Shown: positions 1 to 9,639, numbered from the stretch's first letter. The stretch is DNA of 64,000 nucleotides from a bacterium (GCA_963675295.2 CAXXKJ010000002.1:1-64000); one strand, 5' to 3'. Made by a program: numbers and translations. The notes: generated by a model from the sequence alone, not told the origin.

Positions 1-1294
1 CACGTGCTCCGGCTATCGAGCGCAGCCGGGCATAGCGATGGCCATACAGTTGTTTGGCTTCGCCGAAGCTGCGTTCGACCGTCTCCCGTCGTCGCCGGTA
101 CGTGGCCCGTCCGCGTTCTGTCCGAGCGGTCGCGATCATCTTTTCACGGCTGGCCTGCCACACGTGCCGGGTGACCACCTTGCGGTGATTGGCGCTTTCG
201 GTGCATTGCTGCAACAGGGGACAGAGGACACAGCGCGACGGGTCGGAAACATATTCCTGGTAGCCTTCACGTGTCGTCGTGCGATACGGTAGTGTCTGGC
301 CGCCGGGACAGTGGTAGACATCCCCCAGCGAATCGTACACAAACAGTCGTTTTGCCAGCATTCCCTTCTTGCGTGTCGTACGTACCGAGCCGATCACGCC
401 GTCGATCTTTCGATCCTCCAGCCCCTTGCAGATGGCGGCGGTATTGTAGCCGGCGTCGTGACCGACCCTTTCCACCGGGAAGTGGAATTTGCAGATCTGC
501 GCATCGAGGCGCTCAAGGTAGGGGGTGCTGTCATGCACATTGCCGGGGGTGACATGCGTGTCGGTGATGATTCCGGCCTTGTTGTCTACGGTACGGTGGT
601 CAAGGTAGAAAAAGCCCTGCGGCTTGCCGTCCCGCACCATGAAGCCGCTGTCCGGATCGGTGGTGCTGACCTTGATTTCCTTTGTCGCCGGCGGTGATGA
701 ATCGTCATTGTCACGTTTCTTCAGTGGCTTTTTGCCATGCGCCAGGCGATCCGCATCCACCGCCTCTTCCAGATCGGACAGATACGACTTCGTCGCCACT
801 GTCACCTGCCGCTTCTTGAACTTCTTCTTGTTCGCGCTGGCTTTCAGGTGCGTCGAATCGGTGAACAAGACCCGGCCATCGACCAGGCCACGACGGATCG
901 CCAGCAGCACGATCTCGTCGAAGATCTCCTGGAAGATGGTGCTTTCACGGAAACGGCGTCGTCGATTCTGGCTGATCGTGGACGCGTCCGGCACCTTGTC
1001 ACGCAGATCCAGCCCGAGGAACCAGCGATAGGCAACATTGACCTGGATCTCACGCACCAGCTGACGCTCGGACCGAATTCCGTACAGGTAACCGATGAAC
1101 AACATCTTGAACAGAAGGACAGGGTCAACAGCCGGACGGCCATTGTCGGCGCTGTAGAGATGCTTTACACGATCCCGGATAAACGAAAAATCAATTGCCG
1201 CATCAATCTTCCGCAAAAGATGATCGTCCGGGACCAAATCGTCAATGTAAATAAGCTCCGCTGCGCTTTGATGAGCTTTGGAAGTAGGTAGCAT
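1..1294 (-). CDS. IS1182-family DDE transposase (3' end runs off the window)
   Basis: Manual translation from ATG 1294: MLPTSKAHQ..IDDLVPDDHLLRKIDAAIDFSFI..GRPAVDPVLLFKMLFIGYLYGIRSERQL..VAYRWFLGL..VPDASTISQNRRRRF..TDSTHLKASAN..STTDPDSG..HDS. Absent from the ORF track because no stop falls in the window. Confidence 0.92.
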   Translation of the reverse strand, partial: MLPTSKAHQSAAELIYIDDLVPDDHLLRKIDAAIDFSFIRDRVKHLYSADNGRPAVDPVLLFKMLFIGYLYGIRSERQLVREIQVNVAYRWFLGLDLRDKVPDASTISQNRRRRFRESTIFQEIFDEIVLLAIRRGLVDGRVLFTDSTHLKASANKKKFKKRQVTVATKSYLSDLEEAVDADRLAHGKKPLKKRDNDDSSPPATKEIKVSTTDPDSGFMVRDGKPQGFFYLDHRTVDNKAGIITDTHVTPGNVHDSTPYLERLDAQICKFHFPVERVGHDAGYNTAAICKGLEDRKIDGVIGSVRTTRKKGMLAKRLFVYDSLGDVYHCPGGQTLPYRTTTREGYQEYVSDPSRCVLCPLLQQCTESANHRKVVTRHVWQASREKMIATARTERGRATYRRRRETVERSFGEAKQLYGHRYARLRSIAGAR

Positions 1295-1357
1295 CTACAA
1301 AGATACAAAACAAATCCCCACAGGTCGAGAGCCCGTGGGGACTTTGTCAGCAGTCTG
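1..1357 (-). mobile_element. IS1182-family insertion sequence, left end at about 1357
   Basis: Transposase plus a terminus-like sequence CAGACTGCTGACAAAGTCCC (minus strand) about 60 bp upstream of the ATG; the other end is outside the window. Confidence 0.8.
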
Positions 1358-1358
1358 A

Positions 1359-1386
1359 CTTACCACGGACTTAAGTCCGTGGTAAG
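1359..1386. repeat. 28-bp perfect palindrome, REP-like (CTTACCACGGACTTAAGTCCGTGGTAAG)
   Basis: Read directly; a related copy TTACCACGGACTTCAGTCCGTGG lies at 31895-31917. Confidence 0.8.
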
Positions 1387-1431
1387 ACGATAAGGAACGG
1401 GGACAATTTGGGGACAAAGTGTCCCCCAGTG

Positions 1432-1640
1432 TGTCATCCTGAACGAAGTGAAGGATCTGGGTTCCAGATGATCTGCTCTTAAACGCTAAGTGGTTCAGAA
1501 CGTAGTGAAGGATCTGAATTTCCTATGATCTGCACCTGAATATCGCGTCATTCTGAACGAAGTGAGGAAGATCGGGCTTAGTTGACCGTTATCAAAGCTG
1601 GATATTCTTCATTCCTCTTCGTTCCATTCAGAATGACGCC
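1432..1640. repeat. Cluster of TGTCAT(C/T)CTGAACGAAGTGAAG(G/A)ATCT intergenic repeats
   Basis: Several direct and inverted copies here; same family at 22423-22527, 31927-31953 and 48059-48151. Confidence 0.8.
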
Positions 1641-1909
1641 CGCCGATAGCCAAGCGATGAGGAATCTTTGATCCGTAGTGAAAGACTGATGGACAGTAGA
1701 CGAACAACGAGAGACTAGCGACGAGAGACGAAGGACGTGGGCCGGAGACAGAGATGCGCGCAAGAAGGCCAGGCAACCCCGCGGCACAGGACCGTCTCAC
1801 GGACCGCTGCTTCCTCTCGGACCTGACGGGGTTGGGCGAGGGGCCCTTGCACGGGACCCGGCCTTCTCACGCGCATCGACAACTGCGACAAATCGCTTGT
1901 GTGTGCATC

Positions 1910-1940
1910 AGAAAACCCGTCTTGCGTGGACGGGTTCCCT
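1910..1940 (-). terminator. Hairpin downstream of the tRNA, probable terminator
   Basis: AACCCGTC..GACGGGTT stem followed by a T-tract on the minus strand. Confidence 0.55.
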
Positions 1941-1948
1941 GTGTGCTG

Positions 1949-2021
1949 TGGAGCTGAGCGGGATCGAACCGCTGACCTATGCGTTGCGAACGCATCGCTC
2001 TCCCAACTGAGCTACAGCCCC
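1949..2021 (-). tRNA. tRNA-Ala (anticodon CGC), CCA not encoded
   Basis: Reverse complement GGGGCTGTAGCTCAGTTGGGAGAGCGATGCGTTCGCAACGCATAGGTCAGCGGTTCGATCCCGCTCAGCTCCA folds into a cloverleaf with G3:U70 and a TTCGATC T-loop. Confidence 0.97.
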
Positions 2022-2123
2022 ATCGCTTGTCTGCCGCGATTTTGCAGCGGCCCTAAAAGTAGGCTCCCGCATCGTACGAGTCAAGCGGTGTCAACCTTCG
2101 TTCTCCCGTCCCCTGTTTCGTGA

Positions 2124-2705
2124 TCAGTCGTGCATGAAACGTTCCCGTGCGGACAGGATTTCACGCAGTTTCGGCACGAGCTCGACGAAGCGCTCGAAGC
2201 GGTGTCCGCCGCTCTCGAACCACGTCATCGTGGCGGCTTCCGGATACTCTGCCGGAACCTCGGAATGGTCGAGCAATTCGTCATCGCGGGCAAGGAAGAA
2301 ATGGACCAGTTGCCCGGGCGCACGTCCCGACTGTGCCGCCAGCACCTTCAGGTTCTCCACATGTTCGCGGGTCCAGTCGAAGGTGTCGCCGTCCGTATCG
2401 AAGCGTTCGACGGTGCCGATGTATTCATCCAGCCCGAGCCACGGTTCCATCGCCGGGTTGATGATGACGGCCGGGACATTGAACAGCGACGCGCAGTGGT
2501 AGGCGTAGAATCCGCCGAGGCTGGTGCCGACGACGATGTGCGGTTCCGGCGTATTGTCGAGCAATTTGCCGATGTACTCCATGCAGTCGATCGGATCGAC
2601 CGGCAGGGTCGGCGACTGGACGTCGAAACCGTGGAACGCATCCCGCAGGATCTCCCACTTGCCCCCTTCGCCGGTGGACGCAAAGCCGTGCAGGTACAGG
2701 ATCAT
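2124..2705 (-). CDS. YqiA/YcfP-like alpha/beta-fold esterase
   Basis: ILYLHGFAS, GTSLGGFYA nucleophile elbow, INPAM, DELLD, GGHRF. Confidence 0.9.
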   Translation of the reverse strand: MILYLHGFASTGEGGKWEILRDAFHGFDVQSPTLPVDPIDCMEYIGKLLDNTPEPHIVVGTSLGGFYAYHCASLFNVPAVIINPAMEPWLGLDEYIGTVERFDTDGDTFDWTREHVENLKVLAAQSGRAPGQLVHFFLARDDELLDHSEVPAEYPEAATMTWFESGGHRFERFVELVPKLREILSARERFMHD

Positions 2706-2929
2706 GGAAAAATGTGGCTCCCGGTTGGTCTGTTGGTTCGCTTATGCAAGCCGTTTAAATAACGGCGCACGCTATTTAAAAATCAGGCCGATAGTTAAAT
2801 AGCGCAACCCGTTACGAAAAGAATTTTCGTAGCGGGGACGCTTACGAAAAAGTACGGCGTAGATTTTCGTAACGCGAGGCGGGCCAGCATGTGAACTCGG
2901 GCGAGCAGGTTCGAATATTCGCCCGATTA

Positions 2930-5455
2930 CTAGAACTCATACCGAATTCCGGCGACCCAGAACTGGCGGAATTGCTCGATTGTGTCGCGGGTGCCGTTGT
3001 CCTGAAAGTAGTACTTGGCGACATTAATCCGGTCGGACACATTCTGCACCTCGAGGTACAGCACCAGCGCGCTGGAGGTGTAGGTCCAGGTGTTGTCGAT
3101 ACGGATATCCCAGCGTTCGTAGTAGGGGTAGCGCATGTTGTTGTGGCCGACTTCTTCCCAGTGACCCTCATGGATCGGATCCGGGGACACTTCGCCCTCA
3201 GCGTACCACACCTGTTTCGTGTACGGCCGGCCGCTCATGAACCGGTAGCGGCTGGAAATTGTCAGCTGATCGCCGTGCAACGGAATCGCCCACAACCAGT
3301 ACAGCCACGGGGTACGGAGAGCGTCCCGGTACCACTCATGCTGGATCAGGTTGGTGTTGTAGCCGAGCACGGCGGTCGCGACGTAGGTGTAGTCGAAGTC
3401 GGACGGATACGTGCCGAACGCGTCATCGGTGGTTTCCGACTCGCCGTAGGAGTAGCTCAGGGTGCCGTACCAGTTGGTGGTAAGTTTCTGGTGGGCGAAC
3501 AGTTCGATCCCCCACGCCTCCCCAGTCCCGCTGGTGAAGACAGTGTCGCTTTTGAACCGCCAGTCGCCGGTTTGTTCGCGAAGGATGTCTTCCTCCCGCA
3601 CCGGCAGGTTGTCGTAGTCCTTGTAATAGCCTTCGATACTGAGCAACGTGCTCGCGCGTGGCAGGAAACGCAGCCCGGCGACATACTGGTAAACGCGCTT
3701 GTGGGCGAGGTCTTCGTTGGCACCCTGGCTGGCCGGATCGAGGTAGAGCGCAAGATCTTGTGTCTGGGTGTACTGCCCCCACGCCAGCGAAAGTGTCCAG
3801 CGCGGAATGAACTGCCAGGTTGCGGCGAGTCGTGGGCTGATCGTGTGCTGGTTGGATACGTCGAGGCCGTCATAGCGCAGGCCGCCGGTGAAGCTCAACG
3901 TGTTGTTCGGACGCCACGTGTACTGCGTGTACGCACCGGTTTTCAGCGCGGATTTGTCCGCGGATTCGAGCTGGTCGTCGTAGTAGAACGTGTCGGGGGA
4001 ACCGTCCGCTGGCGCGAGGTAGCCGTCGTCGAAGATGATCGAGTCGCCGACAGCGAACAAGTCACGCTGCCACGTCTGCGGCTTGACACTCACTCCAGCC
4101 GACCAGCTGTCCTGGTTGAACGCGCGGCCGTTGTAGTGGAATCCGATCTGATCGTTGATCTCGGTCAGGGACTCGTTGTAGACTGTGCGTTCGGTGAACT
4201 GATCGGGCGCGAACTCGTCGGCGTCAAGGACTTCGGTGTCACGCCGATTCCACGAGCGGCCGATAATCAGGTCGGTGTAGCCGTGACCCCAGAGGCTGCG
4301 CAGCCGCGCGCCTGCGAGGTAACGGCCTGAAGTGTAATCGAGGCCATCATTCTGCGTGTTGATGCTCTCGCCGTTTTCCTCAATTTCCTTCTTCGTGTCC
4401 GCCGGGGTGATGACCTGTTCGTCGTGCAGGTAGAGACCGTTGACGGTCAACAGGTGCCGGTCGCTGAGGTCGTAGTCGACATGCGCCTGCGAATTCCAAT
4501 ACCACGGGACGGTCGCCAGCCCGACAGCGTCCGATGGCAACAGTTCGAGGAAACTGCGATGGACACTGGCGATCATGCTGCCGCGTTCACCGATCGGTCC
4601 CTCGAGATGGCCACCCGCGCCGCTCATGTTGAAATCAGCCGCGCCGCCGAACCGGTCACGCCGTCCCTCACGCAGGTCCAGATCAAGCACGCTGGACAAC
4701 CGGTCGCCGTAACGTGCGGAAAACCCGCCCGCGGCGAAGGTGACGTCGCGGAGGAACTCGGTGTTCAACGCGTTGATCGCACCGCCATTGCCCTCACCCT
4801 CGGTGGTAAAATGGTTGGTGTTCTCGATTTCGAGACCGTCGATCAGGGTCAGGTTTTCGTCTGCTGCGCCGCCCCGCACGATGATCTGGTTGCTCTGGTC
4901 ATTAGCACCGACGACACCGGGCAACGCCTGTAGTGTGCGCTGAATGTCCTCGATTCCACCCGGCGCACGACGGACTTCCTCATAGCGCAGGGACCGTGAT
5001 GAGGTCGGCAGATCCGTAGACGGATTCTCGAACAGGCTTGTGGTGAAGACGACTTCTTCCGCCTGCACCGCAGACGGCTGCAGCAGGAACTCGACCTCGG
5101 CCGGACGTCCCGGGGTGATCGTGATTTCACTCAGCGTCTGCGGCTCATACCCCAGCGCGGACGCGGTCAGGTGGTAGGTTCCGGGCGTGAGATTGACGAT
5201 GACGAAATGACCGTCCATGTCAGCGGCGGCTCCACGTTGCTGCCCAACCAGGACCACATTCGCGGCGGGAATCGGCTGCCGGGTGTTGCGATCAAGCACG
5301 ACGCCGGAAACTGACTGGGATTGGGCAGGATCTGTGGTTTGCTGGGCGTGAAGCGGAGCTCCGGCGGCGGCCAGACAGGCGAGAACGAGGAGCATCGTGA
5401 AGCGGATCCGGGTTGCTGCGGACCGTTGAAAGTGTTGTGGTGTCTGCTGGTTCAT
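2930..5455 (-). CDS. TonB-dependent receptor with N-terminal carboxypeptidase-regulatory-like domain
   Basis: Signal peptide, SGVVLDRNTRQPIPAANV, plug (QALPGV..IVRGG..ENL..IDG), GGFSARYGDRLSSVL, C-terminal GIRYEF. Start placed at 5455 rather than 5614. Confidence 0.92.
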   Translation of the reverse strand: MNQQTPQHFQRSAATRIRFTMLLVLACLAAAGAPLHAQQTTDPAQSQSVSGVVLDRNTRQPIPAANVVLVGQQRGAAADMDGHFVIVNLTPGTYHLTASALGYEPQTLSEITITPGRPAEVEFLLQPSAVQAEEVVFTTSLFENPSTDLPTSSRSLRYEEVRRAPGGIEDIQRTLQALPGVVGANDQSNQIIVRGGAADENLTLIDGLEIENTNHFTTEGEGNGGAINALNTEFLRDVTFAAGGFSARYGDRLSSVLDLDLREGRRDRFGGAADFNMSGAGGHLEGPIGERGSMIASVHRSFLELLPSDAVGLATVPWYWNSQAHVDYDLSDRHLLTVNGLYLHDEQVITPADTKKEIEENGESINTQNDGLDYTSGRYLAGARLRSLWGHGYTDLIIGRSWNRRDTEVLDADEFAPDQFTERTVYNESLTEINDQIGFHYNGRAFNQDSWSAGVSVKPQTWQRDLFAVGDSIIFDDGYLAPADGSPDTFYYDDQLESADKSALKTGAYTQYTWRPNNTLSFTGGLRYDGLDVSNQHTISPRLAATWQFIPRWTLSLAWGQYTQTQDLALYLDPASQGANEDLAHKRVYQYVAGLRFLPRASTLLSIEGYYKDYDNLPVREEDILREQTGDWRFKSDTVFTSGTGEAWGIELFAHQKLTTNWYGTLSYSYGESETTDDAFGTYPSDFDYTYVATAVLGYNTNLIQHEWYRDALRTPWLYWLWAIPLHGDQLTISSRYRFMSGRPYTKQVWYAEGEVSPDPIHEGHWEEVGHNNMRYPYYERWDIRIDNTWTYTSSALVLYLEVQNVSDRINVAKYYFQDNGTRDTIEQFRQFWVAGIRYEF

Positions 5456-5470
5456 CTCGCTAACCTGATA

Positions 5471-5527
5471 GAAACATTTGTTTGAAACGTTTGTACAAAC
5501 GTAGATCTTAAACATTCGTTTTGTCAA
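5471..5527 (-). promoter_or_regulatory. Putative sigma70 promoter of the TBDR overlapped by repeated AAAC-N4-GTTT sites (candidate TetR operators)
   Basis: TTGACA-N18-TACGTT on the minus strand; AAACATTTGTTT, AAACGTTTGTAC and AAACATTCGTTT in an AT-rich patch between divergent TBDR and TetR genes. Confidence 0.55.
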
Positions 5528-5669
5528 GGGGACTGTGGAGTCGGGAAACGTCGAGACCGGGAAGCGCGGGTTCGCAATCGAAAAGTGGGGGTCAATTCGT
5601 GCAACCCCTTGCAATCGCTGGTGAGAATGACGATTTTACACGACCGTTTGAAACAATTTGGACCGTGCC

Positions 5670-6311
5670 ATGAGTGATAAGGAACGTCCCGAGGCGAAAA
5701 TCCTCGAAGCTGCGATTGACTGCATCAACGACGATGGCGTGCAGGGTGTTACGGTGCGCCGGATCGCGGAGCGTGCCGGGGTGAATGTCGCGGCGATCAA
5801 CTACTACTACCGCTCGAAGGACCGGCTGGTGGATGCCGCGATGGAACAGACGATGCACAACGCGTTCGACGACTGGATGGAGATCATCCGTGACCGGAAA
5901 CGTCCGATTCGCACACGCTACCGTGACATTCTGTACGAAATGGTCTGGGGGATCGCGTCCTATCCGGGTATCACGCGTGCGCACCTGTACGGCCCGATTG
6001 TGGAAGGTGCGGCGGACACGTTGGCGACTGGTTGGTTCAGCCGATTTTTTGAACTGGTGTCTGAGGAAACGACGGCGTCGCTGCCGCGTGTCGAGCCCCG
6101 AGTGATCCAAGCGGCGCTGATGGAATTGTTCGCGACGGCCTTGCTGGTGCCGTTGGTGCGGCCGATGTTCGGCAAGGTGCAACCGTTTGATTTCACGGAC
6201 GAACAGGGCCGGGGGATGTTTGTCGAGCATCTGCTGGACACGTTTTTCCGGACTCTCGGTGACAAACATGCGGCGGAATCGCTGGCGCGCGGTGAGATTG
6301 GCGGCGGGTAG
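5670..6311 (+). CDS. TetR/AcrR-family transcriptional regulator
   Basis: KILEAAIDCI..GVQGVTVRRIAERAGVNVAAINYYYRSKDRL helix-turn-helix. Confidence 0.93.
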   Translation: MSDKERPEAKILEAAIDCINDDGVQGVTVRRIAERAGVNVAAINYYYRSKDRLVDAAMEQTMHNAFDDWMEIIRDRKRPIRTRYRDILYEMVWGIASYPGITRAHLYGPIVEGAADTLATGWFSRFFELVSEETTASLPRVEPRVIQAALMELFATALLVPLVRPMFGKVQPFDFTDEQGRGMFVEHLLDTFFRTLGDKHAAESLARGEIGGG

Positions 6312-6338
6312 TCCGGCGCGACGAACAACGTGAGACAG

Positions 6339-6370
6339 AACCGCCCCGGTCACGATTGGCCGGGGCGGTT
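6339..6370. terminator. Hairpin between convergent TetR and phage-like operon (probable bidirectional terminator)
   Basis: AACCGCCCCGG..CCGGGGCGGTT stem. Confidence 0.65.
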
Positions 6371-6404
6371 TGCGTTTGGGTGGAACGGGTTGAATGAAAA
6401 GGGT

Positions 6405-6671
6405 TTACGGGGATTGGATGGACGGATCATCCGTGGACGCCGGCGCCGCGGTGCGGTGCCGCAGGGCCTCCTCGACACGAGTGACCGACATGCGGATGTC
6501 TTCGAGCCGGCTTCGCAGATCTTCGGTGAAGGTCTGCATTTCGGCGCGCGAGGACTTGGTGTCGTCGAGGTGGCGGAGTTCGTTGCGGATGCGTCCATAG
6601 GTGAGGGTCAGCGTGCCGATCAGGCTGGCAAACCAGATCAGGTCACGAATGGTGAGGGTCAGGTCGGCCAT
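6405..6671 (-). CDS. Small single-TM plus coiled-coil protein, holin-like (XhlA/BhlA-type architecture)
   Basis: MADLTLTIRDLIWFASLIGTLTLTYG hydrophobic segment then a heptad-like tail; GGAG SD; last gene of the head operon. Function inferred from architecture only. Confidence 0.5.
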   Translation of the reverse strand: MADLTLTIRDLIWFASLIGTLTLTYGRIRNELRHLDDTKSSRAEMQTFTEDLRSRLEDIRMSVTRVEEALRHRTAAPASTDDPSIQSP

Positions 6672-6690
6672 TGGGACTCCGGGTGAGGTT

Positions 6691-6921
6691 GGGGACATCT
6701 GGCCCACCAGGTTGCGTCTGAGTTCAGGGAGACTGCCTCAGCATACAGCGGCGGCGTTCTGAATCGGTGGCGGGTGATGGTGGGACAGGTGTCCCCGGGG
6801 TGGTCGCGTCGGGATACTGGGACACCTGCCGGCACAATTCGTTTGCCGCAACGGACACGCTGCGCAGGTTTTTCATGCACATCGCGACCAACATCTGCAA
6901 CAAGTGCCGTCAGATGTCCCC
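6691..6921. repeat. About 225-bp MITE/BIME-like element with GGGGACATCTG..CAGATGTCCCC ends (copy 1)
   Basis: Terminal inverted repeats plus internal GTGGGACAGGTGTCCC..GGACACCTGCCGGCACA blocks shared with the other copies. Confidence 0.8.
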
Positions 6922-6931
6922 CCTTCCAGAA

Positions 6932-7435
6932 TCAATGCACGCGCCAGAGGTCGAGTTTGACGGTGGCGGCTTCCTCGATGGTCATCACGAAGCGGATGTA
7001 GCCGCCGCCGTACACGGGTACCGGCAGTACCTGGCTGGTGGCGACGGTGGTCAGGGGATTGCCGTCCGGGGCGAGTTCGAGGGTCAGGTCACGGTTTTCG
7101 TAGGCGACGCTGGTGTCGGTCAACGCGACTTGCGCTTTCAGGGTCAGGGACGGCGCGGTGCCGGTGCTGACGCCGACGGTATCCATGAGCACAAACGCGG
7201 TGAAGCGGCCGGGCGCGTACGGCCGTTCGGACGCCAGCGCGGCGTCATGCGTGCCGAATGGCAGCCAGGCGGTGGTGACGGTTTCGTCGCTGATGGTGGC
7301 GTTGTGCAACGTACTGACACGGGCGAGGTGCTGGCCCTGCAGCAGGCCGTCCGCCGAGCCGAACGACTGGGCGGAAACCGGAATCGTGGCGAACAACATC
7401 AGGGTCAGGATGAGTGGAATGGTGGCGAATCGCAT
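6932..7435 (-). CDS. Hypothetical secreted beta-rich protein in the head operon
   Basis: Sec-type signal peptide MRFATIPLILTLMLFATIPVSA-Q; AAGGAG SD. Confidence 0.7.
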   Translation of the reverse strand: MRFATIPLILTLMLFATIPVSAQSFGSADGLLQGQHLARVSTLHNATISDETVTTAWLPFGTHDAALASERPYAPGRFTAFVLMDTVGVSTGTAPSLTLKAQVALTDTSVAYENRDLTLELAPDGNPLTTVATSQVLPVPVYGGGYIRFVMTIEEAATVKLDLWRVH

Positions 7436-7496
7436 GGTGGGTTCTCCTTGGTAGGTATGCGGTGTGAGGTATGAACGGGACAGACGTCCGCGCCGG

Positions 7497-8267
7497 TTAC
7501 TCCTCCTTCAGCGGGCGGAGAATGGCGAGATAACGGCGGCCATGATGTTTCAGCGTCAAGGTCGGCCCGGCGTCGTCCGGATCGGGCGCGGGCGCGAGGT
7601 TGCTGACGGCGGCGTCCAGCGCGGCGGCGTTGGTCTCATCGCCGGACAGCGAGTTCGCGGCTTCCGAGTGGCCAGCGTTCGCAAGTTCGAAGCCGGTGCC
7701 GTAGGCTGCGCCACGGTAGACCAGCGAGCCTTCGGTGACTCGTTCGACGCCGTCATAGTAGAAGAAGCAGAGTTGGTTGTCGTAGGTGCGGCCGGGCCAG
7801 TGGGCGCAGCCACGGATGTCATGCCCGCAGACGCTGCAGGTCGGGGTACGGTAGGTGAAGGCGATGGACGCTTCGCTGTAGACGCCGGAATCGATCATCA
7901 CGCGCAGATCCTCCGCGCCGGAATGTTCACGCGGCCAGTAGAAGCTCGGGACGACCCAGCTGACGCCATCCCTTTTCTCCACCGTTCCGCCGAAGAAGCG
8001 GGCGACACCGAGTGTGCGCTTGTCGTGTCCGATCAGTACCGGCGCGCCACGCAGCAGCTCGAGCAGATGCGGCATGTCTTTCGTGCGGAAGCGGCCGAAA
8101 CGGGAATCGACGGCATCACTGGCGAGACGGCAGCGGCGGACGTGGATCTCGTCCGCCTTGATGTCGACCAACGGCGGATTGGGCAGGTTGCGGATTTCAC
8201 GGATCTCGGCGGTGCCGGGATTGACCGGATCGCTCAGCATCTGGCCGCTGAGGTGTTGGGTGAGCAT
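7497..8267 (-). CDS. Phage prohead (maturation) protease-like protein
   Basis: DAVDSRFGRF, PVLIGHD, SGVYSEASIAF, CSVCG..C.HWPGRTY, EGSLVYRGA; lies directly after the portal gene. Confidence 0.78.
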   Translation of the reverse strand: MLTQHLSGQMLSDPVNPGTAEIREIRNLPNPPLVDIKADEIHVRRCRLASDAVDSRFGRFRTKDMPHLLELLRGAPVLIGHDKRTLGVARFFGGTVEKRDGVSWVVPSFYWPREHSGAEDLRVMIDSGVYSEASIAFTYRTPTCSVCGHDIRGCAHWPGRTYDNQLCFFYYDGVERVTEGSLVYRGAAYGTGFELANAGHSEAANSLSGDETNAAALDAAVSNLAPAPDPDDAGPTLTLKHHGRRYLAILRPLKEE

Positions 8268-8333
8268 GAAAAACTCCAGGTATGAGGTGTGAGGTGTGAG
8301 GCGGGTTCTGAAACGACAATCGCCAGATGTCCC

Positions 8334-9596
8334 CTACGCTTCCGGCGAATAGCCGAGCTCGCGGATACCCTGGTCGCGGGAGATGAAGCCGTTCTTGACC
8401 AGGCGTTCGACGCGATCGAGTTCGAGCAGGCGGGCGCGGTTGCGGTCGAGCAGGAACGGGTCCTGGTTCGGAGTGAACTGCCAGTGCGGGGTGGCGAGGT
8501 TGCCGCGCAGGCGCAGTTCGAGGGCGGCGATCCATTCGACGAGGTCCGAGCCCAGTTGCTGCACCGAGTCGACGATCTGCATCAGCAGGTTGTACTGGGC
8601 GTAGACCCAGTTCTTGGTGGTGCCGTGGCTGCGTCCCAGCGCCCACGGGAACAGTTTCAGGCCGGTGATGACGTCCTCGATCACCTGTTCGCGGTTGACT
8701 TTCCAGACCGTTCCCTCACGCTCCGACCCCCCGATGATTTCGACGGATACGTCCGACCAGGTGAACACGTTGTCGTCCGCCTCGAGGCTGCGGAACTGGC
8801 TCATGGTGTCGGAGAAGTAACTGTTGACGCGTTGCTGGTAGTTTTCGCTGTCCTCGCCGGGGACACGGTCGGGCGGGGTCATGCGAATCTGCAGGCGCGG
8901 TGTGCCGGAGTTGTGGCTCGAGCGGGCCATGTCGGAAAGCATGCGCTGTTCGATTTCGACGACGAACGGAATCGACGCCAGCGGTTCGATTCCCGCCGGG
9001 CTGTGCAGGTCGGCCATCAGGGTGCGGAAGAAGAAGGCGTCGCTGGGCAGGGCTGAGAGGGAACCGTTTTCCTGTTCGACGTACGGGCGGTGGATGCCGT
9101 GTTTGTCACGCCGCCACTGGATCCGGTGCGGATCGAGCACCTCGATGTGCGAAATGCCGGAACGATCGGGCAACAGGCGGGCGACCAGGGCGATGCGTCC
9201 GAGGGTGAACAGGTCGAGGAACACGCTCTGCACCAGCCGTTCGAACCCACGCGAATCGCCGTCTTCGCGGGGGTAGATGCGGTGGGAAAGTGTGTCGAGC
9301 ACGCGTGCGGCGGCGCGGGTTTCCGGGTCGGGACCGTCCAGCGTCATCCGTTGCGCGGTACAGCACAGGTTGACCCAGGTCCAGATGCCGGAGGATACGA
9401 TCGGGATGTGGTCGCGCAGGAAGCGGTAGAACGCAGCCCGGTCGCCGGTGTCGAAACGGAAGCTGTTGCGCAGCTCGAACGCGCTGAGCGGTGTGCCGGG
9501 CAGGCTGGACGCCGGCAGCGAGCGTTGCGGCCGGACAACCGGGTCGACGGTTGCTTGTTCCTGGCTGCGGAAGAGGGCGAAGAACTTGTCGAACAT
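8334..9596 (-). CDS. Phage portal protein
   Basis: 420 aa between TerL and protease; LFTLGRIALV..IEVLDPHRI, P.GIEPL, EDVITGLKLFPWALG, LVKNGFISRDQGIRELGY. Confidence 0.85.
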   Translation of the reverse strand: MFDKFFALFRSQEQATVDPVVRPQRSLPASSLPGTPLSAFELRNSFRFDTGDRAAFYRFLRDHIPIVSSGIWTWVNLCCTAQRMTLDGPDPETRAAARVLDTLSHRIYPREDGDSRGFERLVQSVFLDLFTLGRIALVARLLPDRSGISHIEVLDPHRIQWRRDKHGIHRPYVEQENGSLSALPSDAFFFRTLMADLHSPAGIEPLASIPFVVEIEQRMLSDMARSSHNSGTPRLQIRMTPPDRVPGEDSENYQQRVNSYFSDTMSQFRSLEADDNVFTWSDVSVEIIGGSEREGTVWKVNREQVIEDVITGLKLFPWALGRSHGTTKNWVYAQYNLLMQIVDSVQQLGSDLVEWIAALELRLRGNLATPHWQFTPNQDPFLLDRNRARLLELDRVERLVKNGFISRDQGIRELGYSPEA

Positions 9597-9639
9597 GGGA
9601 TCTCCTCAAGGGCAGGTTTGAGGTGTGAAGTATTGTGAA

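Noticed and set aside
2891-4330. Long antisense ORFs (also 12894-14246, 16089-17276, 22698-23837, 46852-48054, 61894-63132)
   Set aside because: Shadow frames opposite well-supported genes, expected in GC-rich DNA, with no recognisable motifs.
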